Positions 48,863 to 61,538 of a stretch of 64,000 nt of DNA are shown here, one piece after another. Location of the stretch: the NCBI RefSeq assembly GCF_023055435.1, contig NW_025963779.1:3720001-3784000 (forward strand). The letters run 5' to 3'. Made by a program: the position numbers and the translations under genes. The notes under the pieces are model-generated. The model did no database searches. It was given only the letters and a program-made list of their open reading frames with translations, and was not told where the DNA came from. Source of the DNA: Haliotis rufescens (Eukaryota). Positions within the stretch are counted from its first letter, which is position 1. Each line of letters opens with the position of its first letter.

Positions 48863-49922
48863 CCAATCAGTAATTCACAATCCAATCGCGCTTTTAAACG
48901 GAAAGGTCCAATTATCTCATTATTTATTTGGTGTGAATATCACATGGCTGATTCCTATGGAAGGCCAGATAGTAATATGAGGGAATCGGGTGGTCTTTGG
49001 CATATTTTGAGTCATATAATCTTCACACTATCGACCGCCGGTTTGTTTGGACGACTTTTCTTTTCACCTTTCACAGAATGCAAATTAATTGCCTGTTTTT
49101 ACAACTATCGGTATTAAGTGTTAGAAAATGATGCTTCCTTTTTGAGGTAACTCTTCCTTGACATCAAAAGTAGGAGATCTGTTCACTAAGCTTAGACATG
49201 CGCGGTAAGGGTCACCCCGGGCACGCAACAGCCTATGGCTGCCATTATAACCCATCTGCAGGTGTGTTCAGGTAAGTAATGAAAGGATATACCCTTCATA
49301 CCTTGAACAGCGTTATCATTGAAAGTGATGGTAACTTAACTCCATTTATTCAACGAATCATACTGAATAAAGTTTGCGCCGTTCAGACAATCTGTGCTTT
49401 TCCAGTTAATAATACCTTGTAATCCTTTAATCGGCCCACTTACAGGGAATTGGAAGCTATAAGTGTCCTTCAAGCCATCGCCCATTCACCAACAGTAAAC
49501 AGCTATTTGCCAGTGCAATAGAAGCGGATAGATTCGCCAACTTGAGGAAGAAAGTGGGATCACTCAGTCAAAAGGGCAGTATTTGTTCAGCCTAATGACT
49601 ACACCTCCTTCACGGGAACAAACTAGTGAAGTGTCCTCTAACCCTGGATCTGCCCCTACCTAATTCACACGTTGCTGCTTGGACAGTTCTCGACCCCCCA
49701 CTCCAGGCAGCTGCCCGCCGACCCATGGGTCGTGGTAGTGGTGACCAGTGGTCGGGTGGTCGAGGAGTCACCGCTTCATTATATTACCATTTCGGATTAA
49801 TGCATGAGTGATGGCCTGTTAGTGTCTTTGTTGTGGATAACCAGAAGGCCCGATGTCATAAATATTAAAGGGAGACAACGCTGGGGCCAGTTCCCAGGCC
49901 CGGCAAATCTAATCTGTCTTTC

Positions 49923-49990
49923 GATAAAAGCGACAAAACCCTTTCCATACCCACAATAAATCTCTGCTAAAGGCAGAATCGATTGTACAA
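49923..49990 (-). mobile_element. PLE family D extreme 3' fragment
   Basis: ATAAAAGCGACAAAACCCTT..ATCTCTGCTAAA..TCGATTGTAC. Confidence 0.7.
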
Positions 49991-50035
49991 ACACACTTTG
50001 TCTGTCTGTTACACACTACCTGTAGGATGTCTTAA

Positions 50036-50187
50036 TGAGTGAGTGAGTGAGTATGGTTTTACGCCGCTTTTAGCAATATTCCAGCAATATCATGGCGGTG
50101 TACACCTGAAATGGGCTTCACACATTGCACCTTGGTGGGGACCCCGGACGAGCGAACGCTTTAACTACTAGGCTACCACGCCGCCCC
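50036..50187 (-). mobile_element. SINE family A with B-box region deleted
   Basis: (TGAG)n ATGGTTTTACGCCGCTTTTAGC...GACGAGCGAACGCTTTAAC.ACTAGGCTACC. Confidence 0.92.
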
Positions 50188-50361
50188 GATGCATTAATGA
50201 TAATCCTTTCAATGACATAAATCACTTATTACACCGTCGAGACCAAGATAAAAAGTAGTCCGCCATGACACTGCTAGCAGTGAAAGAGTTATGGAGAAGT
50301 GGTGCATGTGTGCCATGTCTAATTTTGGTTTTAATCCCACCCTGCTCTGAAAACCAATAGC

Positions 50362-51510
50362 ACCCCGCCCACATATACCTACCCCCTCTGTTCTGTCATC
50401 CTTTGCCCCATCCCGCCCACATTTACCCACCTCCTCTGTTCTGTCAGCCCTTGCCCCACCCCGCCCACAATTACCCACCTCCTCTGTTCTGTCATCCTTT
50501 GCCCCATCCCGCCCACATTTACCCACCTCCTCTGTTCTGTCAGCCCTTGCCCCACCCCGCCCACAATTACCCACCTCCTCTGTTCTGTCATCCTTTGCCC
50601 CATCCCGCCCACATTTACCCACCTCCTCTGTTCTGTCAGCCCTTGCCCCACCCCGCCCACAATTACCCACCTCCTCTGTTCTGTCATCCATTGCCCAACC
50701 CCGCCCACATTTACTCACCCCCTCTGTTCTGTCAGCCCTGCCCAAACCCCCGCCCACATTTACCCACCCCCTCTGTTCTGTCAGCCCTTGCCCCACCCCG
50801 CCCACAATTACCCACCTCCTTTGTTCTGTCATCCATTGCCCAACCCCGCCCACATTTACCCACCCCCTCTGTTCTGTCATCCATTGCCCCACCCCCGCCC
50901 ACATTTACCCACCCCCTCTGTCTTGTCAGCCCTGCCCCACCCCGCCCACAATTACCCACCTCCTCTGTTCTGTCATCCATTGCCCCGACCCGCCCACATT
51001 TACCCACCCCCTCTGTACTGTCAGCCCTGCCCCACCCCGCCCACAATTACCCACCTCCTCTGTACTGCCATCCCTTGCCCCACCCCGCCCACAATTACCC
51101 ACCCCCTCTGTACTGTCAGCCCTGCCCCACCCCGCCCAAAATTACCCACCCCCTCTGTAATGCCATCCCTTGCCCCACCCCGCCCACATTTACCCACCTC
51201 CTCTGTTCTGTCATCCATTGCCCAACCCCGCCCACATTTACCCACCTCCTCTGTTCTGTCATCCTTGCCCAACCCCGCCCACATCTACCCACCCCCTCTG
51301 TTCTGCCATCCCTTGCCCCACCCCGCCCACATCTACCCACCCCCTCTGTTCTGTCATCCCTTGCCCCACCCCGCCCACATCTACCCACCACCTCTGTTCT
51401 GTCATCCCTTGCCGAACCCCGCCCACATTTACCCACCCCCTCAGTTCTGTCATCCCTTGCCCCACCCCGCCCACATTTACCCACCCCCTCTGCCCTGTCA
51501 CCCCTGCCCT
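50362..51510. repeat. 48-bp C-rich minisatellite, ~24 units, initially an alternating dimer
   Basis: CCCGCCCACA at 50412, 50460, 50508, with ATTT/AATT variants alternating. Confidence 0.97.
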
Positions 51511-52357
51511 ACCCGCTGAGCAGCATCACATCAACGCGCCAAACAACATCATCCAGGCAGAATGGAATCGTTCAGGGGCAAGTGGCTGAATATCACGTTG
51601 ATTTGTGAAAAGCTTCTAAATTAGCCGTATCACCCGATGGAGCTGCTGAATTAGCTGTATAGCCCAATAATGATATGTGCTACTGTGCAGAATAATCACA
51701 ACCCGTCTGTAAAGCTCTTATAATCCCCGATTAAACACTGTCAAGTGTTATTCTCTGTCATCCCGACGCCACACACGACCCATATATTACAGGCTTGTCA
51801 TTTGGCTCATAATGGAGCTTTAATGTCTCTATCAAGCACTTATTGTATACAAGACCAAATTGTCATCTAACTGCAGGAATATGTTGTTGCCGGAATTTCA
51901 GTAATTTATGGCATGTTCGTCAGGGGTGCATAAATTTTAATGCTCTTTGACGAGATCGTAAATAAACAGTTACCTACATTGTCTATTCGAAGGTATTGAG
52001 CTTGTGCCTTTATTGAATGTGCCCGCGTATTTAAAAGTAAGGCCACATCAAAGAGTCTTTTTGTTTTGGGGAGTTCCCTCAGAAACTGTAAGTCTCGTTA
52101 TCTTTATCTCATAATACATTAAAAATCGTCCTCAGTTGTTGCCTGTGAGTTTTGAAAATGTTCGCACTTACAAAGTCATTTGTAATCACCTCTTTCATAG
52201 TCCTTTTATTGGTGGTAGCGAGCTGTGATCGTTAGTCTTTGCTGACGTTATTCATGTCTACATTCCATGCCAAACGAACCCTTAAAACAGACGTGTGGGG
52301 TGAAAACTGGGATTTGTGGTCGGAGTACTTGGGTATAGCGTACGATGTTCGCGCATG

Positions 52358-52633
52358 TTGTATATCCCCTGTGTATAGTGTATATCCCATGTGAATAGTG
52401 TATATCCCCTGTACATATTGTATATCCCCTTTGTATATCCCCTGTGCATATTATATATCTCCCGTGTATAGTGTATATCCCCGTGCATATTGTATATCCT
52501 CTTTGTATATCCCCTGTGTATGTTGTATAACCCCTGTGTATAGTGTATATCCCATGTGAATAGTGTATATCCCCTGTACATATTGTATATCCCCTTTGTA
52601 TATCCCCTGTGCATCTTGTATATCTCCTGTGTA
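52358..52633. repeat. Degenerate TGTATATCCCC-based repeat with 165-bp higher-order duplication
   Basis: CCCATGTGAATAG at 52386 and 52551. Confidence 0.9.
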
Positions 52634-53364
52634 CACATTCAGAAAGAACCATGTCTGTGAAATGACGTGAACAAATTGCTGGCCATGGGGTTCTTCAGAT
52701 ATGTCATAGGTCATGTCATCATTGTCATTTCACTGACCCTTTATAGCGACAAGATATTTTACTACAAAGGTGTGTTAAAATGAAAAATTATCTTAATGAC
52801 CACTCATGGGTATATCTGGAGCAATAAAATTTCAAACCCAACAAAAAATTATTCTCTTTTAAAAATGATAAATTTGTTGTTATTTAGAGAAAAAACACAC
52901 AATCAGGCCTTCGTATTGTTCCCATTTCCTAATAAGAACTAAATAATTTGTTATGTACGCGATCATGCAGGACTCGAATGACCATGTTTTGTGGCACACC
53001 TCGAAACTGACCTGACGCCCAAACAGCTATAGTCAGGCGGAAGTCCTCTACCACATTGACCAGTCACTGTTGACCTACCAAACCATTGTTTATGTTCCAT
53101 TCCCTTAGTTTCTTATTTCTAGGTCAATATGGATAATATTACCACAGAAAATTGGGTGACTCACACTGCGTTTCTTGCAGGTCATCCAACAGCTATTAAT
53201 CAATGTTGACTGATTCGTCAATGAAACAGGCCAATGTATTAGCCACCTCCATGTTGGTTTTACTCTTTTCTTTTACCAGATATAAAACAATAGTAATACC
53301 ACTAATGGCTTGGCGGTTTCTCCTCCGTGTATTGTTTGGGCCATTGTTTACCTATATCACTTCC

Positions 53365-53976
53365 GTTTAAAAATGTACAATCTTTGTCTCCATCAAATGT
53401 ACCATCAAGGAAGGACTTTCTTTACATTCACAGACACTTTTTGAGACAAGTGGAATTAATAACATGTGGATTTTCAAAAACTAAAAGGATTTGCTTGACC
53501 TTTTACAATCTCAGAAAAGAGCTAGGTTCAATTTTGCCAAAACATTTGATTTTGCACACAACTATCCAACATGACATAAGGTAAAACCTCCTTCCTTGAT
53601 CCATGGGGCATTTGTCACTTGATGTGGTGACCATAGATATAGTTACACATCTATCTTCAGAGGTTCAGGCCAATGAGTCAAAAAGCAAATGCCATGTGAA
53701 GTTTACTGAGAAAATAAGTGAAATGCTTGACTTCCTCATTGAAAACATATATGTATAATTTTGTTGTAAGACATTTAGGCAAGAAGTAGGCATCCCCTTA
53801 TGGGCCCCAACTGCGCTACCTTTAAGCTTCTTGATGATCTGTTTCTTTATGCATATGAATCAGAATTTCTGCCTGGATGAGCAAAGTCCTCTCTCATGTG
53901 TGGTTGTAGTGGTAGATGTGTTACTAATTTATATCTATTCTTATAAAAGTACCGAATTGATGACCTAATGTCGATA
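53365..53976 (+). pseudogene. Penelope-like reverse transcriptase core remnant (stops and frameshifts)
   Basis: Ordered motifs SGINNMWIFKN / KDLLDLL / KTFDF / EMLDFLIENIYV* / FRQEVGIP-MGPNCA / LLDDLFLYAYESEF / IDDL, equivalent to PLE RT motifs (DF..LY; Q..G.PMG..AP..A.L; YIDD). Confidence 0.85.
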
Positions 53977-54496
53977 TGGCCGCAGTAACTGATATATGTT
54001 TGGAAATACATTTAATTTTGTGAATTACTTTCTGTCAATTCCACCTGTCGGGTAAACCCCAAGACTCACTTAGTTTTCGTGGGCCAAGTGAATGGTGACC
54101 TTGACCTTATCAACGACGGACGGTGAACACCTGGTGTCATAGGTTCTGAATGATTCCACTTGGTTTGGCCCCGCCCCTTTCACGTAACGAATAGCACTAC
54201 CCTACAGCTTTGACGTTTTAATTTAATCGAGAAATATCTGCTTACCTTGATGGAAAAGCGACATGATGCCCCAGTCCCGGGCTAGCCTGGACACAGGCAT
54301 AACATCATGGTGACAAGTCAGTTTTTTGCGGCAAACCGAAACATGAACGGTGTGTTAGATCAAAGGTGTTACAATGAATAGCGATGTTTCCGGACGAACA
54401 CAATGTCGGTTCTTTCATACACACAACGACTGTCTAAAGGAGGATTTAAAACCAATTACAATCAACCGAACAACAACGCGACACATCACGACTTAC

Positions 54497-54609
54497 CACC
54501 GGTGTAGACGTACGTCTTGATGCAGCGTGTAGACGTGGCGGTCGTATCACACTCATGACAGGTTGATATGCCGTGCATCTCCAACTGCTTGAACTTCGAT
54601 GTAATATAA
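54497..54609 (-). other. Candidate exon (113 nt), coding status unknown
   Basis: Strong acceptor TTCTATTTCTACTTACTTTTTGCAG| and consensus donor GTG|GTAAGT; two of three frames open. Confidence 0.4.
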
Positions 54610-54825
54610 CTGCAAAAAGTAAGTAGAAATAGAACTGAACCTGTATGGTCTACGTGGCTAACACGTGAAGGTAGACAATCCTTGTCGAGGTGGTATAATC
54701 GGACAATTGACAGTCCAGGCCAGATTAATTCAGGTAAATCAAAAACAGTTTGGTTGTTTGATAACTCAATGTGTATGATCAATATTACCATTATTGGTCT
54801 TTTAATGGGAGACAATAGTCTTATA

Positions 54826-57243
54826 AGTATAGGTCCATCATAGATTATCTCGCTATCAGTATAGGTCCATCATAGATTATCTCGCTATCAGTGTAGGTCC
54901 ATCATAGATTATCTCGCTATCAGTATAGGTCCATCATAGATTATCTCGCTATCAGTATAGGTCCATCATAGATAATCACAATATCAGTATAGGTCCATCA
55001 TAGATTATCTCGCTATCAGTGTAGGTCCATCATAGATTATCACAATATCAGTATAGGTCCATCATAGATTATCTCGCTATCAGTGTAGGTCCATCATAGA
55101 TTATCTTGATATCAGTATAGCTCCATCAAAGATTATCTCGCTATCAGTGTAGGTCCTTCGTAGATTATCACAATATCAGTATAGGTCCATCATAGATTAT
55201 CTTGATATCAGTATAGGTCCATCAAAGATTATCTCGCTATCAGTGTGGGTCCATCATAGATTATCTCGCTATCAGTGTAGGTCCATCATAGATTATCTTG
55301 ATATCAGTATAGGTCCATCATAGATTATCTCGCTATCAGTGTAGGTCCATCATAGATTATCTCGCTATCAGTGTAGGTCCATCATAGATTATCACAATAT
55401 CAGTATAGGTCCATCATAGATTATCTTGATATCAGTATAGGTCCATCATAGATTATCACAATATCAGTGTAGGTCCATCATAGATTATCTTGATATCAGT
55501 ATAGGTCCATCATAGATTATCTTGATATCAGTATAGGTCCATCATAGATTATCTTGATATCAGTATAGGTCCATCATAGATTATCACAATATCAGTGTAG
55601 GTCCATCATAGATTATCTTGATATCAGTATAGGTCCATCATAGATTATCTTGATATCAGTATAGGTCCATCATAGATTATCTTGATATCAGTGTAGGTCC
55701 ATCATAGATTATCACAATATCAGTATAGGTCCATCATAGATTATCTCGCTATCAGTGTAGGTCCATCATAGATTATCTCGCTATCAGTGTAGGTCCATCA
55801 TAGATTATCTCGCTATCAATGTAGGTCCATCATAGATTATCTCGCTATCAGTATAGGTCCATCATAGATTATCTTGATATCAGTATAGGTCCATCATAGA
55901 TTATCACAATATCAGTATAGGTCCATCATAGATTATCTTGATATCAGTGTAGGTCCATCATAGATTATCTTGATATCAGTATAGGTCCATCATAGATTAT
56001 CTTGATATCAGTATAGGTCCATCAAAGATTATCTCGCTATCAGTATAGGTCCATCATAGATTATCTCGCTATCAGTATAGGTCCATCATAGAATATCTTG
56101 ATATCAGTATAGGTCCATCATAGATTATCACAATATCAGTATAGGTCCATCATAGATTATCTTGATATCAGTGTAGGTCCATCATAGATTATCTTGATAT
56201 CAGTATAGGTCCATCATAGATTATCTTGATATCAGTATAGGTCCATCAAAGATTATCTCGCTATCAGTGTAGTTTCATCATAGATTATCTTGATATCAGT
56301 GTAGGCCCATCATAGATTATCTCGCTATCAGTGTAGGTCCATCATAGATTATCTCGCTATCAGTGTAGGTCCATCATAGATTATCTTGATATCAGTATAG
56401 GTCCATCATAGATTATCTCGCTATCAGTGTAGGTCCATCATAGATTATCTTGATATCAGTATAGGTCCATCATAGATTATCACAATATCAGTGTAGGTCC
56501 ATCATAGATTATCTTGATATCAGTATAGGTCCATCATAAATTATCTCGCTATCAGTGTAGGTCCATCATAGATTATCTTGATATCCGTATAGGTCCATCA
56601 TAGATTATCTTGATATCAGTATAGGTCCATCATAGATTATCTCGCTATCAGTGTAGGTCCATCATAGATTATCTTGATATCAGTATAGGTCCATCATAGA
56701 TTATCACAATATCAGTGTAGGTCCATCATAGATTATCTTGATATCAGTATAGGTCCATCATAGATTATCTTGATATCAGTATAGGTCCATCATAGATTAT
56801 CTTGATATCAGTATAGGTCCATCATAGATTATCACAATATCAGTGTAGGTCCATCATAGATTATCTTGATATCAGTATAGGTCCATCATAGATTATCTTG
56901 ATATCAGTATAGGTCCATCATAGATTATCTTGATATCAGTATAGGTCCATCATAGATTATCACAATATCAGTGTAGGTCCATCATAGATTATCTTGATAT
57001 CAGTATAGGTCCATCATAGATTATCACAATATCAGTATAGGTTCATCATAGATTATCATGATATGAGTATAGGTCCTACATAGATTATCACGATATCAGT
57101 ATAAGTCCATCATAGAATATCACGATATCAGTATAGGTCCATCGTAGATTATCATGATAACAGTATAAGACCATCATAGAGTATCACGATATCCTTATAG
57201 GTCAATCATTATAGATTATAACTATATTAGTATAGATCCCATC
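54826..57243. repeat. 32-bp minisatellite, ~75 units, three interspersed variants
   Basis: CAGT(A/G)TAGGTCCATCATAGATTAT[CTCGCT|CTTGAT|CACAAT]AT; AGGTCC at 54831, 54863, 54895. Confidence 0.99.
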
Positions 57244-58076
57244 AGTACAGAAGTACTATGCCAAGCCACTACCAATACGGTAACGTCTACATCCTGTGTC
57301 ACTCATCTTCTTCACCAAGCTGAGATGTCGTCATATAGAGGAAGCACTTTTCAAAGCAGCGTGAAGACCCTAACTCGCTCACCGTAAAAATACATATCAT
57401 ACGTTACCCGGAACTGGGCACCTGTCTACCAATACACATCAATAACACGAGCCTGGTTGCTGCGTATACGATACGAAATACCAGTACAATTAACCTCAGC
57501 TATGGAAAACCGCACCTGAGCGTTACTGCCATGGCCTTTCCACTATAGCAACTTGGGACTTTGACGGCAACTGCACCCCGATGTCGTCCCCAGGGCACGG
57601 GGAATATGTACACATGCGAACAATTTCACGGCTTGTTACAGAGTAATAAAACAGCGGAGAGATACGGAGCTAGCTATTATCAGCGTCCATACTGTGGAGA
57701 CACTATCCCGCTGTGATCGGCTTGACAAAATCCATACAAGACAACGTGTAACCTCTTACGTTCATTCACGCTGGTTTACATGCAATTACCATAATAATGA
57801 TGCACGCTCAGTTTCCAGTACTGTAACACTGCAGGAGAAGGGGATGCACTGACGGCGTTATCCTATCTAATGTACGATCATCGCATGCCCCTGGCCAGCA
57901 AGGGAAGACCTGCAGAATTATGTTACAAGAATCCAACTGCGTGAAGAGATTGCGACCACATGGGTTTACAGTGGAAACAGGAGCACCACCAAGATATTTG
58001 TACCCGATTTTAGGAATAATGTGTGGTTGTATTAATAAAACCAGACGGGTAACCTGATTTTTCTTCATTTAGCACG

Positions 58077-58605
58077 CTCGTGGAGATCCGTGTTAGAATT
58101 TATCTTCAGCAACCCATGTTAGCATAACGTCATGTTAGCAGAACGTCATGTTAGCATAACGTCATGTTAGCAGAACGTCATATTAGCATAACGTCATGTT
58201 AGCAGAACGTCATGTTAGCAGAACGTCATATTAGTATAACGTCATGTTAGCATATCGTCTTGTTAGCATAACGTCATTTTAGCATAACTTCATGTTAGCA
58301 GAACGTCATATTAGCATCAGGTTATGTTAGCAGAACGTCATATTAGCATAACGTCATGTTAGCAGAACGTCATATTAGCATAACGTCATGTTAGCAGAAC
58401 GTCATATTAGCAGAACGTCATACTAGCATAACGTCATGTTAGCAGAACGTCATATTAGCATAACGTCATGTTATCCCGAAAGCAGGGATCGTTGATCATG
58501 CTTTCAGTTACTGGTTCCCTGGGTCCAGATCGTGCTGTTTACAAGCCGTCGAGATATCACTCCCGTATTGTTGTACGTGGTGTTAGACACCATTCCTTCA
58601 GTCAC
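58077..58605 (+). mobile_element. Old SINE family C copy split by a minisatellite
   Basis: Head CTCGTGGAGATCCGTGTTAGAATTTATCTTCAGCAACCCATG (58077-58118); body resumes ATCCC..GGATCG..ACTGG..GGTCCAGA..TTTACA at 58473. Confidence 0.75.
58115..58472. repeat. 16-bp minisatellite (CATGTTAGCAGAACGT)n, ~22 units
   Basis: Direct. Confidence 0.97.
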
Positions 58606-59171
58606 CCCAGGACCCCGTCCTTTCAGCGATCTTATCACAACAACAATGGTAAAACTATGTTCAAGAATGGGAGTTGCATGAACGATGCCCTGGTCGTTGA
58701 AGAAAGACAAAGGGGAATTGCCGACACAGTTCGACCTAGGTTAGCTAGCTACAAGTATTGCAGACAGGCAATAACCTATCCCTGTACTGTGGACAGTTAG
58801 GCTCCCCCAGCACACGTGACCCGACATTACTTGCCATGCCAAAATATTAAGAAACGGAACATCTCCTTAAGTGTTTAAACCTTTTGAACGCTTTTATTAT
58901 CTGTATTTGACAGCTCGGTGTAAACCAGACGCCGTGTTCCAGGCGATGTGGGTTACTTGGCTGAATTGATGTAATACGACATCATCACATTGTCACGGCA
59001 ACATTCTCAGGACTGTTTAATGTGGGAGGGTAGTTTATGACGTGTTAAACTGTGTGTGTTTTCAAAGATAAGATTACAAAGAGCGTCATATGACACTTGC
59101 TTAAAAGTTGTTTGTTCAGGATTACAACATTCAAGGCTTCGGTAAGGCTTTCAAACGTGTAATGGTAGATG

Positions 59172-59430
59172 TGTGGAGGAATATTTCCAAATATGACGCA
59201 TCAGTAACAAAATATAATGCCTAATGCATTTTCCTGTTTTGACTTGTACTATATGTAATTGGCTTTGCATGCATTTGTGAAGAATGCCACCGGTCAATTT
59301 TTCGCGACCATCTGGTATCATCATTATTTCATAGTGATTTATAAACACATGCTTATGATGAAGTCGGAATCGCATAATGGACTCCTTTGAGCAGATACCC
59401 CTATAAAAAGGGGTTTGTTTCTTTTATTTT
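59172..59430 (+). mobile_element. PLE family D 3' fragment, diverged
   Basis: ATTTCCAAATATGACGCATCAGTAACAAAA..TTTTCGCGACCATCTGGTATCATCA..ATAAACACATGC. Confidence 0.8.
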
Positions 59431-60792
59431 CATTGGGGATGTCACTACGTTTGTATGACAAATACCAGTTGATGCTAATTACGACACAGTTCACTGTACA
59501 CATTGATAATGTCGAAACACAGGCTCAGATGATTCGTTCAATCTCTTTATCCGCGAATCGAAAATGTTAAGTTGCCTTTGATGCGGCATCAGATACTGGT
59601 GTTCTACGTTTGTTTTCTGCCTATGAAACACGATCCATCACGTCCTGCTTAATTCTGTCTACGTGTTAAATTGAACATAATTTCGTTGCATAAAGATAGT
59701 GATGTGATTTACTGATGGAGATAAGGATTTAAGAGCTGCTTTATGTGGGAGCCAGGACAGATAAAACCCGTAATCAAAACTTCATCAACATTAAAGAATA
59801 ATATGTATGCAAAGAAAAAACACCCAAACTCGCCTTTTGATCTAATCTAGATTTCCTTACCTTTTATGGTTCTAACATCAACTGAAATTCCTATCGGACG
59901 TTCCGCCAAAAAGGCTTAGTCATTTTATGAATATATTACAGCTTTTCGTATCACAAACAAAGTGCTATTACGGTAAGTCATGGCACAGTAACTGCTCAAT
60001 CCTCATGAGACGCTTAAGGCCAAAAGTGATAAACCTTCCTTGCGTGTAAAATTGTTTTTAAAACTCGACTTACAAAACTTTTAAGAAATATATTTCCATA
60101 ACGAATATGTTTGTTTCACAGCTGGTTTGACAACCAAGGTGTATACATCAATCGTCTTTTAACAACCTTACATCATGTATTCTATGTGAAAGGTGCGTAG
60201 CCTAATAGTATTCAAGCTCATTACCAGAGCGTGTGCCTGTGTCTGAGACAGATGCATTATTTCTTCAGTGTATACGCATAATCACACAGGCCGATACCAA
60301 GGACCACCCAGGGGGGTGTATCAGCTATGTCATATGCTGTTAAACTCTCTCCAGCACCACCAGTAAGTGGGACAAGCCCTTCTGAAGACGCCGTCGTTAC
60401 CATGAACGTGAGCATGTGTTTTTTTTGAAGTCTTACACGTCTTTAATTCGGTATAAATAGAAAACGTCAACGCCAGTGAATAATCAGCGTCGATTATCTG
60501 CCGAGACACATTCCATTGAGCGTAACAGGCAAAAAAATAGGGGAACGTATATGAATGGATCACTGAAAATCAACGATGACACCGGAATGTGTCTATTGAA
60601 TGATATTGGCCATACAAAACATTATCATATGGTATTCTGACAATATTTGTACAGGTAGAATACAGGTAATATTGTAGGTTACACTTCTCACTATTGTAGA
60701 ACTGAAAACAATGCAATCAGAATGCCTACAAATAACTAATGTCCAATCGCTGTCCAACACGTCGTTGCACCTGTATATTGCACTCATCACAT

Positions 60793-61007
60793 CCCCGTGG
60801 ATATTCGTGTCTTAAGCGGCGACTAAATGCACCATGTCGTCGGTCTCAGTGACTTTGTTTATATATTGTGTCATCGTACACCGACGGCGTGGATCGTTGT
60901 TAATAATGTCAAGCACTGGTTTGTCTGGTCAAGACTCGATTATATACTCGCGGCCGCCGTCATGTATCAGGAATATTGTTGACTGTGGCGCTAAACGACA
61001 AACAAAC
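60793..61007 (+). mobile_element. SINE family C, highly diverged
   Basis: GGCGACTAA..GCGTGGATCG..CACTGGTTTGTCTGGTC.AGACTCGATTAT..GGCGCTAAACGACAAACAAAC. Confidence 0.8.
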
Positions 61008-61057
61008 ACACACCTGACTGTAAAACAGGCAATGTAGATCAATGTACCTAACTACTA

Positions 61058-61300
61058 CTCGTGACAATCCGGGTTAGAATAGGTCTTCAGCAACCCATGC
61101 TTGCCGTAGGAGGCGACTAACGGGATTGGGTGGTCAGGCTCGCTGACTTTGTTGATGCATGTCTTCATATCCCAATTCCGTAGATGCTCATGATGTAAAT
61201 CACTGGATTGTCTGGTCCAGACTCGAATATTATCATATGGCTGGACTATTGCTGAGTTACAGAACAGAACAATCAAACAAACAAACTAACAACTAACTAC
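61058..61300 (+). mobile_element. SINE family C
   Basis: ATCCGGGTTAGAATAGGTCTTCAGCAACCCATGCTTG..GGCGACTAACGGG. Confidence 0.92.
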
Positions 61301-61392
61301 AACACATATCCTATTGTCATCTAATACGCATTTATGTAGCTTAAGTCTGCATCCAAAAAATATGGGACAAGCGCTGAAGAAGAGTTTGCTGC

Positions 61393-61538
61393 AACACACA
61401 CATATCTGAGCATGTATTGTAGTCTAACACACATATCTGAGCATGTATTGTCGTCTAACACACATATCTGAGCATGTATTGTAGTCTAACACACATATCT
61501 GAGCATGTATTGTAGTCTAACACACATATCTGAGCATG
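61393..61538. repeat. 31-bp tandem repeat, ~4.7 units
   Basis: CATATCTGAGCATGT at 61401, 61432... Confidence 0.95.

Noticed and set aside
33305-51608. Long ORFs (193-477 aa) in the ORF track
   Set aside because: All coincide with tandem arrays, are open in several frames and on both strands, and change frame with unit indels; they are repeat artefacts, not genes.
54826-57243. CRISPR-like appearance of the 32-, 33- and 37-bp arrays
   Set aside because: Units are contiguous with no unique spacers, there are no cas genes, and the context is eukaryotic.
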